Assembly: GCA_017522615.1 (NCBI GenBank) | Contig: JAFWYR010000003.1 | Location: forward strand, 4,229-68,228 | Source of the DNA: Bacilli bacterium | Lineage (GTDB): Bacteria; Bacillota_I; Bacilli_A; RF39; UBA660 | DNA length: 64,000 bases | Direction of reading: 5' to 3' | In this document: positions 8,972 to 20,672 of the stretch, one piece after another | How positions within the stretch are numbered: the first letter of the stretch is position 1 | Layout: every line of letters starts with the position of its first letter | Made by a program: the position numbers and the translations under genes | Notes under the pieces: generated by a model | What the model was told of the DNA's origin: nothing | The model's input: the letters and a program-made list of their open reading frames with translations, nothing else | Databases searched by the model: none

Positions 8972-10138
8972 TTAATCTCTAGCAAATAAATCTCTAGTAT
9001 AAACTCTCTCTTTAATTAACTCTACATTCTCATCCATTCTATTTACTAAAACTAAATCAACTTTTGTCTCAAATTCAGCAAAATGTTCTATAACTTCACA
9101 ACCATTAAATTCTTTATCCTTTAATGTTGGCTCATAAATAACAACTTTAATATCATTAGATTTTAATCTATCAATTACCCCTTGAATAGCAGAAGCTCTA
9201 AAATTATCAGATCCACTTTTCATAGTTAATCTATATACCCCAACACATTTAGGATTTCTTTTAATAATCATATCTGCAATATGATCTTTTCTAGTATCAT
9301 TAGATTTAACAATTGCTTCAATTAAATTTTGTGGAACACTCTCATAATTAGCAAGTAATTGTTTAGTATCTTTAGGTAAACAATAACCACCATAACCAAA
9401 TGAAGGATTATTATAATGATCACCTATTCTTGGATCTAAACAAACACCATCTATAATATCACCAGTATCTAAATCTTTCATTTCAGCATAAGTATCTAAT
9501 TCATTAAAATAAGCAACCCTTAAAGCTAAATATGTATTAGCAAATAATTTAACAGCCTCAGCTTCAGTAGCTCCCATAAACAAAGTAGGAACATCTTCTT
9601 TTAATGCAGCCTCTAATAATAAATCAGCAAACTCATGAGCCTTATCTCCTCTATCTCCAACTATAATTCTAGATGGATATAAATTATCATATAAAGCCCT
9701 ACCTTCTCTTAAAAACTCTGGTGAAAACATAATATTATCTATATTATATTTATCCTTCATACTTTCAATAAACCCAACAGGAATAGTAGACTTAACAACC
9801 ATTGTAGATTTATTGCCAATACTAAGAACCTTTTCTATAATATCTTCAACACTACTAGTATCGAAAAAACCATGTTCTTCATCATAATTAGTAGGTGTAC
9901 TAATTATAACTAATTCAGCATCTTCAAATGCTTCTTTAAAATCTAAAGTAGCTTTTAAATTTAAATCCTTTTCTTTAAAATATTTTTCAATATATTCATC
10001 CTTAATAGGACTAATCCTATTATTAATCATTTCTACCTTCTCAGGTATAACATCTAAAGCCATTACTTCATTATTCTGAGCAAGTAATGTAGCTAAAGAA
10101 AGCCCCACATATCCTGTTCCTGCAACTGCAATTTTCAT
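8972..10138 (-). CDS. ugd: UDP-glucose 6-dehydrogenase
   Basis: [11 protein letters not shown] Rossmann motif; [13 protein letters not shown]; [12 protein letters not shown]; [10 protein letters not shown] catalytic Cys. Confidence 0.97.
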   Translation of the reverse strand: MKIAVAGTGYVGLSLATLLAQNNEVMALDVIPEKVEMINNRISPIKDEYIEKYFKEKDLNLKATLDFKEAFEDAELVIISTPTNYDEEHGFFDTSSVEDIIEKVLSIGNKSTMVVKSTIPVGFIESMKDKYNIDNIMFSPEFLREGRALYDNLYPSRIIVGDRGDKAHEFADLLLEAALKEDVPTLFMGATEAEAVKLFANTYLALRVAYFNELDTYAEMKDLDTGDIIDGVCLDPRIGDHYNNPSFGYGGYCLPKDTKQLLANYESVPQNLIEAIVKSNDTRKDHIADMIIKRNPKCVGVYRLTMKSGSDNFRASAIQGVIDRLKSNDIKVVIYEPTLKDKEFNGCEVIEHFAEFETKVDLVLVNRMDENVELIKERVYTRDLFARD

Positions 10139-11313
10139 TTGTTACTACCTTCTTTCACATTTATTGCCTTATTTATAATTTTATCTATCATATCAATTAT
10201 ATTCATAAAATGTTTTTTTAAAACAAATTCAAAGAAGTTACTTATCTTTTTTTCAACTGTCATTTTTCTTATTAGTTCAATTAATGAACATAATACAAAT
10301 ACTATAATTATACTTAATATCATATGTACTAGTAAGTAATTACTATTAATATAAATATTTTCCTTTAAAATATTTATCCATAAAACATTTCGAATTAAGT
10401 AATTATCATGTATTAGATATATCCCTAAAGTGGTAGAAGAAATGACATTTATTACTTTGCTACTCAACTTTTTTTTGTTTTAAAAAATGTTAAATAGGGA
10501 AATTGAAAACAAAATACTGATAATTTTTGGCCTTCTAAAAAAGTAGGTGGATTTGCGACTTATAAATGTGTATTTTAGTCCAGTCAGGTCAAATAAGAAG
10601 ACAGAGAGTAACAAAAAAACCGTGGTTGAGATAAATATTATTTTATTAGTTTTTTGATTTTTAAATATATTATTTTGATATCTTTTTAGGTATGCTCCTA
10701 TGGAATAAAACATAATAAACTGAATTAATTCGTTGGCGTAATATCTATTTGTATTTAATGTACTTAAAAAGGAAAAAATGAATAGTGAAATTAAAATGAA
10801 TATCAGGTGATCTTTTCGTTGGCATGCCTGCAAAAACTTATTAATATACGGAATAAAAATATACAAAATTATATATACAGACATAAACCAGTACATTTCA
10901 AATGAAATTGGAAATAAATTTTTAATAAACTGTTTAGTAGAAAAACTTTCTATTCCAAGTATAATAAACAATGTATATATGGTTAATGAATAAAACAATA
11001 CTTGACTTACCAATAAAAATAGTTTTTTAATTTTAAATGGTTTACTAGAATCAATGCTAAAATATCCGGTAATTAAAACAAATATTGTCACACCTATATC
11101 TCCTAAAATTGTAATTTCAAGTATATATCTATTAAATCCTAAGGGTAATGAAAAAGTATTTATTTTATTATGCACATTATAATGAGACATAATTATCATT
11201 ATCATAGAAATAATTCTCAATAATTCAATATTAGAATTTCTTTCAGTTAATTGCTTATCGCTAGCTTTATTATCACATAAATAAATTGTATTTTGTCTCA
11301 TAGTGTTATTCAC
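10135..11313 (-). pseudogene. Acyltransferase family 3 (O-acetyltransferase) split by an in-frame TAA
   Basis: The 277-aa ORF (RNSNIELLRIISMIMII..HY) and 110-aa ORF (STTLGIYLIHDN) are in the same frame, separated by the TAA at 10480-10482 plus 12 nt. Confidence 0.8.
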
Positions 11314-12869
11314 CTCGATTTCTTTATTTTTGAAATAATTGAAGAACTCTTTTTTAAGAATAGTTGCTTAAAGAAAACATAATTATCAGTTTTTTTGAAT
11401 ATTAAATATATGAATAAATTTGGTAAAATCAAACATACAATACTTTTAATCAAAAGATTTATATATATATTCTGGCTGTTTATTTGCATGCACACTAAAT
11501 ACATTATGCCTAATAAAACTAAAAATAGTAGTAAGTAACCAGCTGTTTCTTTAATAAAATCAAAATATTTTCTTTTGAATAAATTTTTATAAACAAATTT
11601 CGGATAACTATAAATCCATAAGGTCAAACTACTTATTAATGTACCAATAAACACACCTGGTAATCCTATTAGCATTACTAAAATAATAGAACAAACAATG
11701 TTAATAATTGATTCAATTATTGGTACATATTTATTCTCAACACATATACCAGCTCCACTTAAAAAAACATCATTACAACTTCTCATAATTTTTTGGTATA
11801 AATTAATTACTAAAATAAATAGTGTTGTTGTTGGTAATAAATATTTTGCACCAATCCATATTGTTATGAAATCCTCCATTAATACTAATACACTAACACA
11901 GCAAAACACTGAAATCCAATAATTTGCAAATCTTATTTTTTTGTATGTATCGAATAACTTTTTTGGACCCGATTTAACTAATAAATCTCCAACGCTTGCA
12001 GTTATGGATGATATAAATTGAGAAAATAATAAAAATACTTGAGTAATAATTAAATTGTAATTTGAATATATTCCAACTGAATATACACCAAGAAATTTTG
12101 AAATAACAATGTTATCGGTTCCATTAATGACCGCTCCACCAATTGTATGTAAAAACTGCGCTCTAACACGTTTAAATACATCTTTCTTTGTATCTGAGTC
12201 TAAATTTTCTACTTCTTTATCTTTGATAAATGGATATAATTTATTAGCATATATACTGATAATTATATTTTCTAATAAAACAAATGCAATTTTAATGATA
12301 AGGTATAAATAATAGTTTTTAGTATATAACAATATTAAAATTTGGAAAACATTAAAAGTTAAAATGTATCCAATGTGTATAATATTAATCACATAATTCT
12401 TTTGATAGGCGTATAATATTGATCTTTTATATGTTAATAAATAGGAAAAAACTGTTTGTATTAAGAATAAAAAATAAACAAATTTAAAATTGAGATCTAA
12501 AGACACATCTCCAATGAATATATGAATAAATGGTAATAAAATCATACCTGCCAAAAAAATTGTAAGTGCAATCCATCGATATGCTATCTTATAGAATTTT
12601 AAGAGAATTTTTATTCTTTCCTTATTATCCTCTGCAATTGGTTTATAAAGATGATAAACAATCGTACCACCTATTCCTAACTCAGCAATGCTTAAAATCG
12701 AAATTATATTCGTAAATAAACCGTTTACTCCTAAATATTCACTACCCAAAATATTTATAAAAAATTTTTGAGCTATAAATCCTACTAGTATTGATACTAC
12801 ACTAGTTAATACACCAATTAGGCTATTTTTTATTGAATTCTTTGTTCTCATTAGTTTGACCCCCTTCAA
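11310..12869 (-). CDS. wzx: Polysaccharide flippase (Wzx/MATE-like)
   Basis: Many TM segments; LGSEYLGVNGLFTNI; AELGIG; GTDNIVISKFLG. Confidence 0.9.
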   Translation of the reverse strand: MKGVKLMRTKNSIKNSLIGVLTSVVSILVGFIAQKFFINILGSEYLGVNGLFTNIISILSIAELGIGGTIVYHLYKPIAEDNKERIKILLKFYKIAYRWIALTIFLAGMILLPFIHIFIGDVSLDLNFKFVYFLFLIQTVFSYLLTYKRSILYAYQKNYVINIIHIGYILTFNVFQILILLYTKNYYLYLIIKIAFVLLENIIISIYANKLYPFIKDKEVENLDSDTKKDVFKRVRAQFLHTIGGAVINGTDNIVISKFLGVYSVGIYSNYNLIITQVFLLFSQFISSITASVGDLLVKSGPKKLFDTYKKIRFANYWISVFCCVSVLVLMEDFITIWIGAKYLLPTTTLFILVINLYQKIMRSCNDVFLSGAGICVENKYVPIIESIINIVCSIILVMLIGLPGVFIGTLISSLTLWIYSYPKFVYKNLFKRKYFDFIKETAGYLLLFLVLLGIMYLVCMQINSQNIYINLLIKSIVCLILPNLFIYLIFKKTDNYVFFKQLFLKKSSSIISKIKKSR

Positions 12870-14055
12870 TAGCTTTTAAAAAATTGGTAAAATAGTTTTT
12901 ACTATTAAATTCTTCTGTCCCTAATAATTTTTTATAGGATAGATTTTCTAAGTCATGTCTTAGAGGATCATCTGTTATAATTTTTTTCATTGAATTATAC
13001 AAGTTTTCTACAATTCTTTTGTCGTTGTTAATTAGTATAGAGCATCCTTCTAAGGGTTCTATTAAGCCTCCTGATTTTGTGGCGATAATGGCTTTTTGCA
13101 TTGCCATTGCCTCTAAGGCAACCACACCAAATGGTTCCTGCCAAGTTGATGGAATAACAACACAATTAGCTAGCGATAATATGTTAGGAATGAAATTGTG
13201 ATCTACAAATCCTGTGAATATTATTTTGTCAGTGTATGATTTTGAAATTGAATATAACTGTTTTTCATAATTTGATAATTCTTTTTTCCCAAACCACCCT
13301 TTACCTACTATCAACAATTTTACATTGTCATATGAATTAGCTATCTTTGTAAAAGCTTTTATTAATTCCATGACCCCTTTTTCTTTAGTAATTCTTCCGC
13401 AGAAATAGAAAATAAAATCATCATCATTAATTTTATGGTTCTCTTTAAAGGCTTTTTGCCATTTAAAATCAATATTGTTATAATTAAAAACGTCTAAATC
13501 TACGCAATTATATAATACTTTATTTTTTTCGCTTTCTAAAATCTTGTTCATTTCTCTCTGTAAATATTTACTTACACTAAGCGTGCATATACAGTTACTA
13601 ATTATTTTCCTTATTATATATTCTGGACGCCCATCATCTAAATTATTATGCAGATGATATATCATGTTTTTATTCATTTTAAGGCTGTTAAATACAACGG
13701 CATTGTTTTCAACTATTGTATAGTCGTATTTTTTGTGTTTAATTTTATACTTTACTACTAGTCCAAATTCCGAAATTAAATATTCTTTATTTCTTAATAT
13801 TTTTCTAAATAATAAATGTTTAGCTTTTTTTATCATTGTATAAATACGCTTTGATTTTAAAGGAATTTCGATAATGCGACAATAATTATATTTTATGTTT
13901 TTTAATTTGGGATTTTCTACTGTATACAAGTCAATCATGAATTTTGGGTTCTTTTCATTTGCTATAACAAGTTCTTCTATCAAAACTTCAACTGCTCCAC
14001 CTAATACGGCTGGAACTGGTAAAAAACCAGGAGTTATAATTGCGCATTTTTTCAT
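12823..14055 (-). CDS. Glycosyltransferase family 4 (GT-B)
   Basis: VPAVLGGAVE; FCGRITKEKG; QEPFGVVALEAMA. Confidence 0.92.
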   Translation of the reverse strand: MKKCAIITPGFLPVPAVLGGAVEVLIEELVIANEKNPKFMIDLYTVENPKLKNIKYNYCRIIEIPLKSKRIYTMIKKAKHLLFRKILRNKEYLISEFGLVVKYKIKHKKYDYTIVENNAVVFNSLKMNKNMIYHLHNNLDDGRPEYIIRKIISNCICTLSVSKYLQREMNKILESEKNKVLYNCVDLDVFNYNNIDFKWQKAFKENHKINDDDFIFYFCGRITKEKGVMELIKAFTKIANSYDNVKLLIVGKGWFGKKELSNYEKQLYSISKSYTDKIIFTGFVDHNFIPNILSLANCVVIPSTWQEPFGVVALEAMAMQKAIIATKSGGLIEPLEGCSILINNDKRIVENLYNSMKKIITDDPLRHDLENLSYKKLLGTEEFNSKNYFTNFLKAIEGGQTNENKEFNKK

Positions 14056-14960
14056 TGAAAATCACTTTCTTTCATTTTCATATATATTTTTGGAAATAAT
14101 GTAATAAAAAGTATTTTTAGTTTATTCTTAACCTTAGATTTTTTTAATAAAATATCTTTAATATACATTTTATATCTTTTTTCAATTTGTTCATCATTTC
14201 TTACATATATATTTTTTTCTTTAAAACATTTGTAAGAAATCATGAACTCAACCTTTTTATCTTCTGCATATTTAAAATTATTAAGTAATTCTATAATCTG
14301 TATATAAGCATAAAATTTTGTCAAATCTGAATCAAATTTTTTTACCGCTGAGTTCTCATTTTGAAAGTAATAGTATAAAGGTAAATTACAGTAATAGTAA
14401 TTGATATTTTTTTTACATGCAATACGGTAATTAAACAGAAGGTCTTCACACATCGTTATTGTTTTATCAAATTTAACTCTATTTAGCAATGCTTTTTTAT
14501 ATAGTTTATTCCATAAATACCCTTTAACATTATTATAAAATATTTCGGTTAAAAAATCATTTTGAATATCATCAGTTATTCCAATTTTTTTAATATTATG
14601 ATTAGTAATATAATAATTGAAAACTATTATATCATAATCTTTATTGTTTTTCATTAATGTTTTAAAACAATCTTTATCTAAATAGTCATCAGAATCAACA
14701 AAAGATATATAGTCACCTTTTGCTATTTCTAATCCTTCATTTCTTGACTCTGATACCCCTTTGTTTTCTCTATCTATTAAAACAATTCTCTTATCTTTTT
14801 TCTTCCATTTCTTACATATATCTAAACTTGAATCAGTAGAACCATCATTAATTAAAATAATCTCTAAGTTCTTATAAGATTGATTAGATATAGAATCCAA
14901 GCATTTATCCAAATATTTTTCCGAATTATAAATTGGAACAATAACACTAATTAATGGCAT
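14052..14960 (-). CDS. Glycosyltransferase family 2 (GT-A)
   Basis: ISVIVPIYNSEKYL; INDGSTD; FVDSDD (DxD); CEDLLFN. Confidence 0.93.
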   Translation of the reverse strand: MPLISVIVPIYNSEKYLDKCLDSISNQSYKNLEIILINDGSTDSSLDICKKWKKKDKRIVLIDRENKGVSESRNEGLEIAKGDYISFVDSDDYLDKDCFKTLMKNNKDYDIIVFNYYITNHNIKKIGITDDIQNDFLTEIFYNNVKGYLWNKLYKKALLNRVKFDKTITMCEDLLFNYRIACKKNINYYYCNLPLYYYFQNENSAVKKFDSDLTKFYAYIQIIELLNNFKYAEDKKVEFMISYKCFKEKNIYVRNDEQIEKRYKMYIKDILLKKSKVKNKLKILFITLFPKIYMKMKESDFQ

Positions 14961-14977
14961 AATATCACACCTACTTT

Positions 14978-16051
14978 TTAACTTAAATCATTTATTACTT
15001 TTTCCCATTGTTTTATTATTTCATCAATGCTAAATCTTTCACAATCTATATAAGCCATGTCGCTCATTTGTTTTAATTTATCATCATTATTTATCAAATA
15101 TAAAAGCTTTTTTTCATACTCTTTGTTATCTCCATAAGGAATGAGATATCCATTTCGATTATCTATTATAATCTCTGATGGTCCAGTAAAACAATCATAC
15201 GAAATTAAAGGAATGGAATGCTGCTGAGCCTCTAGTAACACCATAGGAAACCCCTCAAATCTAGAGGTCATTACAAATATTGAGGCTTTATTGTAATACT
15301 CTTCCATATTTTTGCAAAACCCTGGTAATATAACATTTTTTAGTTTTTTATCTTTGACTATTTTTGAAATTTCTCCAAATTCTTCACCACTACCACATAT
15401 AACCAGTTTCCAATCTTTACTTTTAGTTTCAATTTTTTCCCAAATAATAATTAATTCTTGAAAATTTTTTGCATAGGTAAATCTTCCTGATGATAACACT
15501 ATTTTTTGTTTATGTGATTTTTTTTTCACTGACTCACTAATTGGATTATATATATTAACTATTTTGTTTTTAATTTTTAAATTCTTTTGATATTCCTTTA
15601 AATCAGCTTTTGTTAAAACAACTATATAATCCGCATATTTAGCAGATAATTTTCTTGCATAGTCTCTATTTTTGACCCCATTATTACTTCTAAAATTGAA
15701 ATGCTCCCAAGAGATTATTTTAGATTTTAAGATTCTTTTTATAGGTAATGTATAATTTGCAAGAAGTACATCTACATTAATAATAATATCCTGATGATGT
15801 TTTTTGTTAAAGTTTATTAATTCAATAAAAGGCATTATTTTCCTAGATAAAAATCCCTTATATTTTTCTAAATGCAAACTATAAAATTTGATTCTTTCGT
15901 CAAAATCAAAAGATGGCTTAGCACCATTTTGATAACTAAGAATAGCAATATTATATCCCTTTCTAGTAAGCTCATTTGCTATTAATAATGTGACTCTTTC
16001 TGTTCCTCCAGTTTTAGATATATCTCCAGAGAAAAAACATATATTCTTCAT
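14978..16051 (-). CDS. Glycosyltransferase family 4
   Basis: GGTERV; SGRFTYAKN; SRFEGFPMVLLEA. Confidence 0.92.
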   Translation of the reverse strand: MKNICFFSGDISKTGGTERVTLLIANELTRKGYNIAILSYQNGAKPSFDFDERIKFYSLHLEKYKGFLSRKIMPFIELINFNKKHHQDIIINVDVLLANYTLPIKRILKSKIISWEHFNFRSNNGVKNRDYARKLSAKYADYIVVLTKADLKEYQKNLKIKNKIVNIYNPISESVKKKSHKQKIVLSSGRFTYAKNFQELIIIWEKIETKSKDWKLVICGSGEEFGEISKIVKDKKLKNVILPGFCKNMEEYYNKASIFVMTSRFEGFPMVLLEAQQHSIPLISYDCFTGPSEIIIDNRNGYLIPYGDNKEYEKKLLYLINNDDKLKQMSDMAYIDCERFSIDEIIKQWEKVINDLS

Positions 16052-16054
16052 AAC

Positions 16055-16630
16055 TCAGCTCTCCTTAAATACCGCTGGATTTATATTTGAATGTGAATTG
16101 TTGTTACTAATTTTTTTTGCAGGAACACCAGCTATTGTTATCCCTGGATCATTAAATGAGTTTACTACAACTGCCCCAGCACCTATACAAATATCATCAG
16201 CAATACTTATATTACCAATTATTTTTGCACCAGATCCTATAAATACATTGTCACCTATTATAGGGGCTTTAGAACTACCATTAGTTGCTCCTATAGTAAC
16301 GTTTTCCTGTATTCTGCAATTCTTGCCAATTTTGGTATTAGAATTTACAACAATGGTCCCATAATGAGCTATACTAAGACCTGGACCAAAGGTATTAATT
16401 GGAATACTAAAGCCTAACTTAATAGACCATCTATGATACAGAAAATGATAAAACATTTTTCTAATCTTTTTAAATTTGACATCTACGTTTGAATAATACT
16501 CATATTTTCTAAAAACAATTTCAAATTTCCAAATCTCATCTGTGAAAACTTTTGGATACTTTGTATACTTTCTTAATGCAATTTTATCTCTTTCCAAATA
16601 TAATTTTAAATCTTGTTTTGAATTAATCAT
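16055..16630 (-). CDS. Serine-acetyltransferase-like hexapeptide O-acetyltransferase
   Basis: LGFSIPINTFGPGLSIAHYGTIVVN; IGDNVFIGSGAKIIG; AGVPAK. Confidence 0.88.
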   Translation of the reverse strand: MINSKQDLKLYLERDKIALRKYTKYPKVFTDEIWKFEIVFRKYEYYSNVDVKFKKIRKMFYHFLYHRWSIKLGFSIPINTFGPGLSIAHYGTIVVNSNTKIGKNCRIQENVTIGATNGSSKAPIIGDNVFIGSGAKIIGNISIADDICIGAGAVVVNSFNDPGITIAGVPAKKISNNNSHSNINPAVFKES

Positions 16631-16681
16631 TTCTTCAACTCCTAAGCCTAATACTTTTTATTTTTGTATTAAAACAAATAA

Positions 16682-17806
16682 TTATTCCATTATTTCATTT
16701 ATTAGCAAAGTATACTTTTCAACAGAATTTTCTACATTAAATTCATTGCCTCTTTTTATTAATTTATTTCTATTTAATTTATGAGAATCTCTTAAAGAAT
16801 CATCTATAGCTTTAATTAAAGATTGTTCATCATTAACAGGCACTAACTTACCATACTTGCCATTTTCTAATATTTCCTCAGGGCCTGTTGGACAATTTGT
16901 GCTTACAATTTCACATCCACACGATAAAGCTTCAATTAAAACTGTTGGTAAACCTTCATAATTGGATGATAAAACAAATAAATCAGCAGCTGATAAATAA
17001 GAATATGGATTATTAACAAATCCGTGCAAGTCAACAGTTTCATTAAGTCCTAAATCATTTATTTGATTTTCCAAATTCTTTCTTAATTTCCCTTCTCCTA
17101 GAATAATAAGTTTGGTGTTTTTATACTTCAATTTGCTAAAAGCATTGATCAAAAGTTCATGATTCTTTTGCTCTGTAAGTCTCCCTATAGTAACTATTGT
17201 TTTATATTTTCTACTCTTTTGTAACCAAGGATGATTGCAAATTTCAAGAGATTTTTCAATAACTTCATTATTAATTACAGGATTATAAATTGTAACAAGC
17301 TTACTCCTATTAACATTAAAAACGTTGACAAAATCCTCTTCAGCACCTTTAGAAACAAATACGATTTTTTTAATATCATTCAAAGTATGAGTAAACAACT
17401 TTTTTTTTAAATTAAATAATGTTATTCTTTCCTGCGAAATAGTATTATGCATTATAACTACTAGCTTATTCTTGTTTTTCATTAATTTATTTGTAAAAGC
17501 AGCTAACAATCCCATACTAAATGTAACAGCAAATACTATATCAAAATTACTTTTAAAAACCTTACGAATTTTAAAAATTGATATCATGTTCTTTATAATT
17601 TTATTCTTACTATCATTATTTAAATCAATAACATCTATATCATCAGATAAATTATTCAATACTTTTTCTGTAGATTCTCGAACAAAAACGGTTATTTTAT
17701 AACCATTTTTTGATAATTCGTTAGCAAGTCTTATTGTAACATTTTCAGCCCCATTACCACTGAGTCTATGAATTATAAATGCTATTCTTTTCATGATTAT
17801 CAACAT
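16682..17806 (-). CDS. Glycosyltransferase family 4
   Basis: GNGAE; IGRLTEQKN; SSNYEGLPTVLIEA. Probable true start is MKRIAF. Confidence 0.92.
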   Translation of the reverse strand: MLIIMKRIAFIIHRLSGNGAENVTIRLANELSKNGYKITVFVRESTEKVLNNLSDDIDVIDLNNDSKNKIIKNMISIFKIRKVFKSNFDIVFAVTFSMGLLAAFTNKLMKNKNKLVVIMHNTISQERITLFNLKKKLFTHTLNDIKKIVFVSKGAEEDFVNVFNVNRSKLVTIYNPVINNEVIEKSLEICNHPWLQKSRKYKTIVTIGRLTEQKNHELLINAFSKLKYKNTKLIILGEGKLRKNLENQINDLGLNETVDLHGFVNNPYSYLSAADLFVLSSNYEGLPTVLIEALSCGCEIVSTNCPTGPEEILENGKYGKLVPVNDEQSLIKAIDDSLRDSHKLNRNKLIKRGNEFNVENSVEKYTLLINEIME

Positions 17807-19073
17807 CCTTTTTAAAACTATTTAAAGCTAAACCTACTAAAATACCTAATATTATATTTTGTGGATTACTATTAAAACTTGGAGCTCCAAAAGACTCACA
17901 AACAGTTTGAATAAGTGCTAGACCTGCTATTGTACAATATATAAATGATAAGTTATCATTAATAGTAGTAGACTTTTTTCTTAATAAAAAATATAACTTA
18001 AAAATATATATAACATATACTATTAAACCTAAAAATCCAGTTTCACCTATTATTGCAGGCCAAAATGTATCAGTTGCAAAAAACGGCATGTTTGGATATA
18101 ATCCATAAATTTTTGTCATACCATACTTATAATAATATTCACTATAATTAACTCGTGCTTCCCACGAACCATATTTACCAAAGCCAACACCTAAAGGGAA
18201 ATACTCTTTCATTATTCTTATCCCATTATCATTAAGACTTTGTCTTGCTGTAACAGTATCTGATTCTGCAATATATGTATCATATGTATATAAGAGCTGC
18301 TCCTTAAAAATAAACAAAATCATAAAAGAAATCATTACAGCAAGCAATATTTTTTTGATATCTATTTTATATCTAAATATCATCTCAAATAATACAATCG
18401 CAAGAATGGCAATAAAAACTTTGGTTTTAAAAGAAAATAAGGAAGCAACTAAAAAAATTAAGGTATATCTTTTATCTTCACCTTTTTTAGTTATTAAATA
18501 TTCAGAATAATAGATAATAGCAAGCAATAACATAAACCAACCAAAAAAGCCAGCATGGAAAAATAGCGATGTAACAGATACAAATCCCTTTCGATATACA
18601 ATTGTAGCAAATGTAAATATTTTAGAATATATGTTCGGAAAGACAAAATTAAATATTCCTATTAAAAGAACTACCCATCCCCAAAATTTTAAACTTGAAA
18701 TAAAATACAATCTTATCTTTTCACTAACAAATATAATCATAAGTGATATTGTTAATAATATAAACTTATTTGCTGTAAAAGTTGCCATCAACAAATTTTT
18801 AATATTATAATTACTATTTATTAAACATGATATAATCCCTAAAAAACAAAAACAAATCATTATAAATATAAAAACAGAAGTATTTTTAGGTATTTTTTTT
18901 CTCTTAAGTACTGTTGCAATCATAGATATTACTAAAACTATAATAAATATTTCATCAAATAATTTAAGAAATCCTATATTAAACATTAAACAAAGAGACT
19001 CTTGAAATAGAAGTATAGCAACTATCAAATACATAACAATTTTTGGAATATTAATAGTTTTTTTCTTTAACAT
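17766..19073 (-). CDS. wzy: Polysaccharide polymerase (Wzy/O-antigen ligase-like)
   Basis: Multi-TM protein inside the GT cluster; FPLGVGFGKYGS loop; DTFWPAIIGETGFLG. Confidence 0.75.
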   Translation of the reverse strand: MLKKKTINIPKIVMYLIVAILLFQESLCLMFNIGFLKLFDEIFIIVLVISMIATVLKRKKIPKNTSVFIFIMICFCFLGIISCLINSNYNIKNLLMATFTANKFILLTISLMIIFVSEKIRLYFISSLKFWGWVVLLIGIFNFVFPNIYSKIFTFATIVYRKGFVSVTSLFFHAGFFGWFMLLLAIIYYSEYLITKKGEDKRYTLIFLVASLFSFKTKVFIAILAIVLFEMIFRYKIDIKKILLAVMISFMILFIFKEQLLYTYDTYIAESDTVTARQSLNDNGIRIMKEYFPLGVGFGKYGSWEARVNYSEYYYKYGMTKIYGLYPNMPFFATDTFWPAIIGETGFLGLIVYVIYIFKLYFLLRKKSTTINDNLSFIYCTIAGLALIQTVCESFGAPSFNSNPQNIILGILVGLALNSFKKDVDNHEKNSIYNS

Positions 19074-19083
19074 ATTATCACCT

Positions 19084-19602
19084 TTAAATCACATAGCTTT
19101 GATTATCATCTTTTTTCATTTGTTCTTTTTTTTCTTTAGTTATTTTTCCTTTTTTTGTAAAACTTAAGTCATAACTTTTTGAATTTTTTAATAAATTATC
19201 TTGTTCTTTTTTATATTCGTCTAAACTTTTTATTTTATGGGCTAATACGCCACCATAAACATAATTAGATTCTAATTTTCCCTTAACTACACTACCTGCA
19301 GCAATAACAACATTATTTCCTATTCTTGTACCTGGCAAAATTATACTTTTAGCACCTATGAAAACATTGTTCCCTATTATTACTTTCCCTATTTTAGAAT
19401 AACCAATAATTTTTTTTGTACTACCGTCATGACATAAAACTAATGTGTCAGGAGCTATTGTCACATTATCACCTATTTCAATCATCCAAGGAAATGAAGA
19501 ATCAATAAATGAATTTCTTTCTAATTGAAAGTTTTCACCAACTATTAAACCTTCCTTTTTCCATTTATTAATTCTAATTCTATTTATTATTTTATTAAAC
19601 AT
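19084..19602 (-). CDS. Hexapeptide-repeat acyltransferase
   Basis: IEIGDNVTIA; LCHDGS; IGNNVFIGAKSIILPG. Confidence 0.88.
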   Translation of the reverse strand: MFNKIINRIRINKWKKEGLIVGENFQLERNSFIDSSFPWMIEIGDNVTIAPDTLVLCHDGSTKKIIGYSKIGKVIIGNNVFIGAKSIILPGTRIGNNVVIAAGSVVKGKLESNYVYGGVLAHKIKSLDEYKKEQDNLLKNSKSYDLSFTKKGKITKEKKEQMKKDDNQSYVI

Positions 19603-19612
19603 TTTTTCATCC

Positions 19613-20662
19613 TCACAAATCTTTATAAATATCTATAACCATTTTAAAAAATATGTTGTTTGAAAACTTTGTTTCACATATTTCAATTGAATTATTGCTT
19701 AAATTATTCCACTCATTTTTTTTAAGTTTTATTATTAAGTCTAACAACTTTAATAACTCATCAATATCCCCAGGTTCAAACAAAAAACCATTTTCATTAT
19801 TTGCTATAACTGATGGAATATCTCCTACATTTGTTGAAATTACAGGAACACCATAACTCATAGCTTCTAAAATGGACATTGGAAGCCCTTCATTATAAGA
19901 TGGCAAAATCATAAACTGACTTTTAACTAATAATTCTTCTTTTTCTTTTGAACCAATCCACCCTAAAAACTTAACTTTATCATTTAAATTATATCTATTA
20001 ACCAATTCTTTTAGATTACTCTCTTCTTCACCCGTTCCTGCAATTAACAATTGGTAATTTTCACCATCTAACTTGTAAAGAGCTTCTATTAAATCATGGA
20101 TGCCTTTTCTTTTAATTAGTACCCCAAGAAATAACAAAGTTTTTTTTGAATTATATTTAGTTTTTTTATTAGGTATATTTACACTATTATTTAGAATAAC
20201 TACATTAGATTTTGGTTCTATTTCTTTTATAACCTTACTCCACCTATCCCCTAAAACAATAAAAATATTACTGCTAATTAATAATTTTTTTATCTTTTTC
20301 TTCTTAATATCATCAACCGAATCATACCATTTTTTAAACTCTGAGCCATGTAAATGAATTATATTTTTTATACGAAACTTAATTGCAAGTTTTTGAATAT
20401 AATAAGCTCTAGTAAAGCTCCCTTTATAGCTCATATGAACATGAATTATATCAGGTTTTATTAATATACAGTAAAGAAAAATTCTTATATAAGCTATAAT
20501 AAAAAATAAGATTTTAATTATATTAGATTTATCTATATAGGTTGAAATAAATTTAAATTCTATATTATTTTTTTGCCAATCAAACTCTTTAAATTGGTTT
20601 ATTACAGTAGTTATTCCACCTTTTACTGATTCATGATTTCCTACCATCAAAACTTTTATCAT
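19613..20662 (-). CDS. Glycosyltransferase family 4
   Basis: GGITTV; IIHLHGSEF; PSYNEGLPMSILEAMS. Confidence 0.92.
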   Translation of the reverse strand: MIKVLMVGNHESVKGGITTVINQFKEFDWQKNNIEFKFISTYIDKSNIIKILFFIIAYIRIFLYCILIKPDIIHVHMSYKGSFTRAYYIQKLAIKFRIKNIIHLHGSEFKKWYDSVDDIKKKKIKKLLISSNIFIVLGDRWSKVIKEIEPKSNVVILNNSVNIPNKKTKYNSKKTLLFLGVLIKRKGIHDLIEALYKLDGENYQLLIAGTGEEESNLKELVNRYNLNDKVKFLGWIGSKEKEELLVKSQFMILPSYNEGLPMSILEAMSYGVPVISTNVGDIPSVIANNENGFLFEPGDIDELLKLLDLIIKLKKNEWNNLSNNSIEICETKFSNNIFFKMVIDIYKDL

Positions 20663-20672
20663 AAAACTTCAC

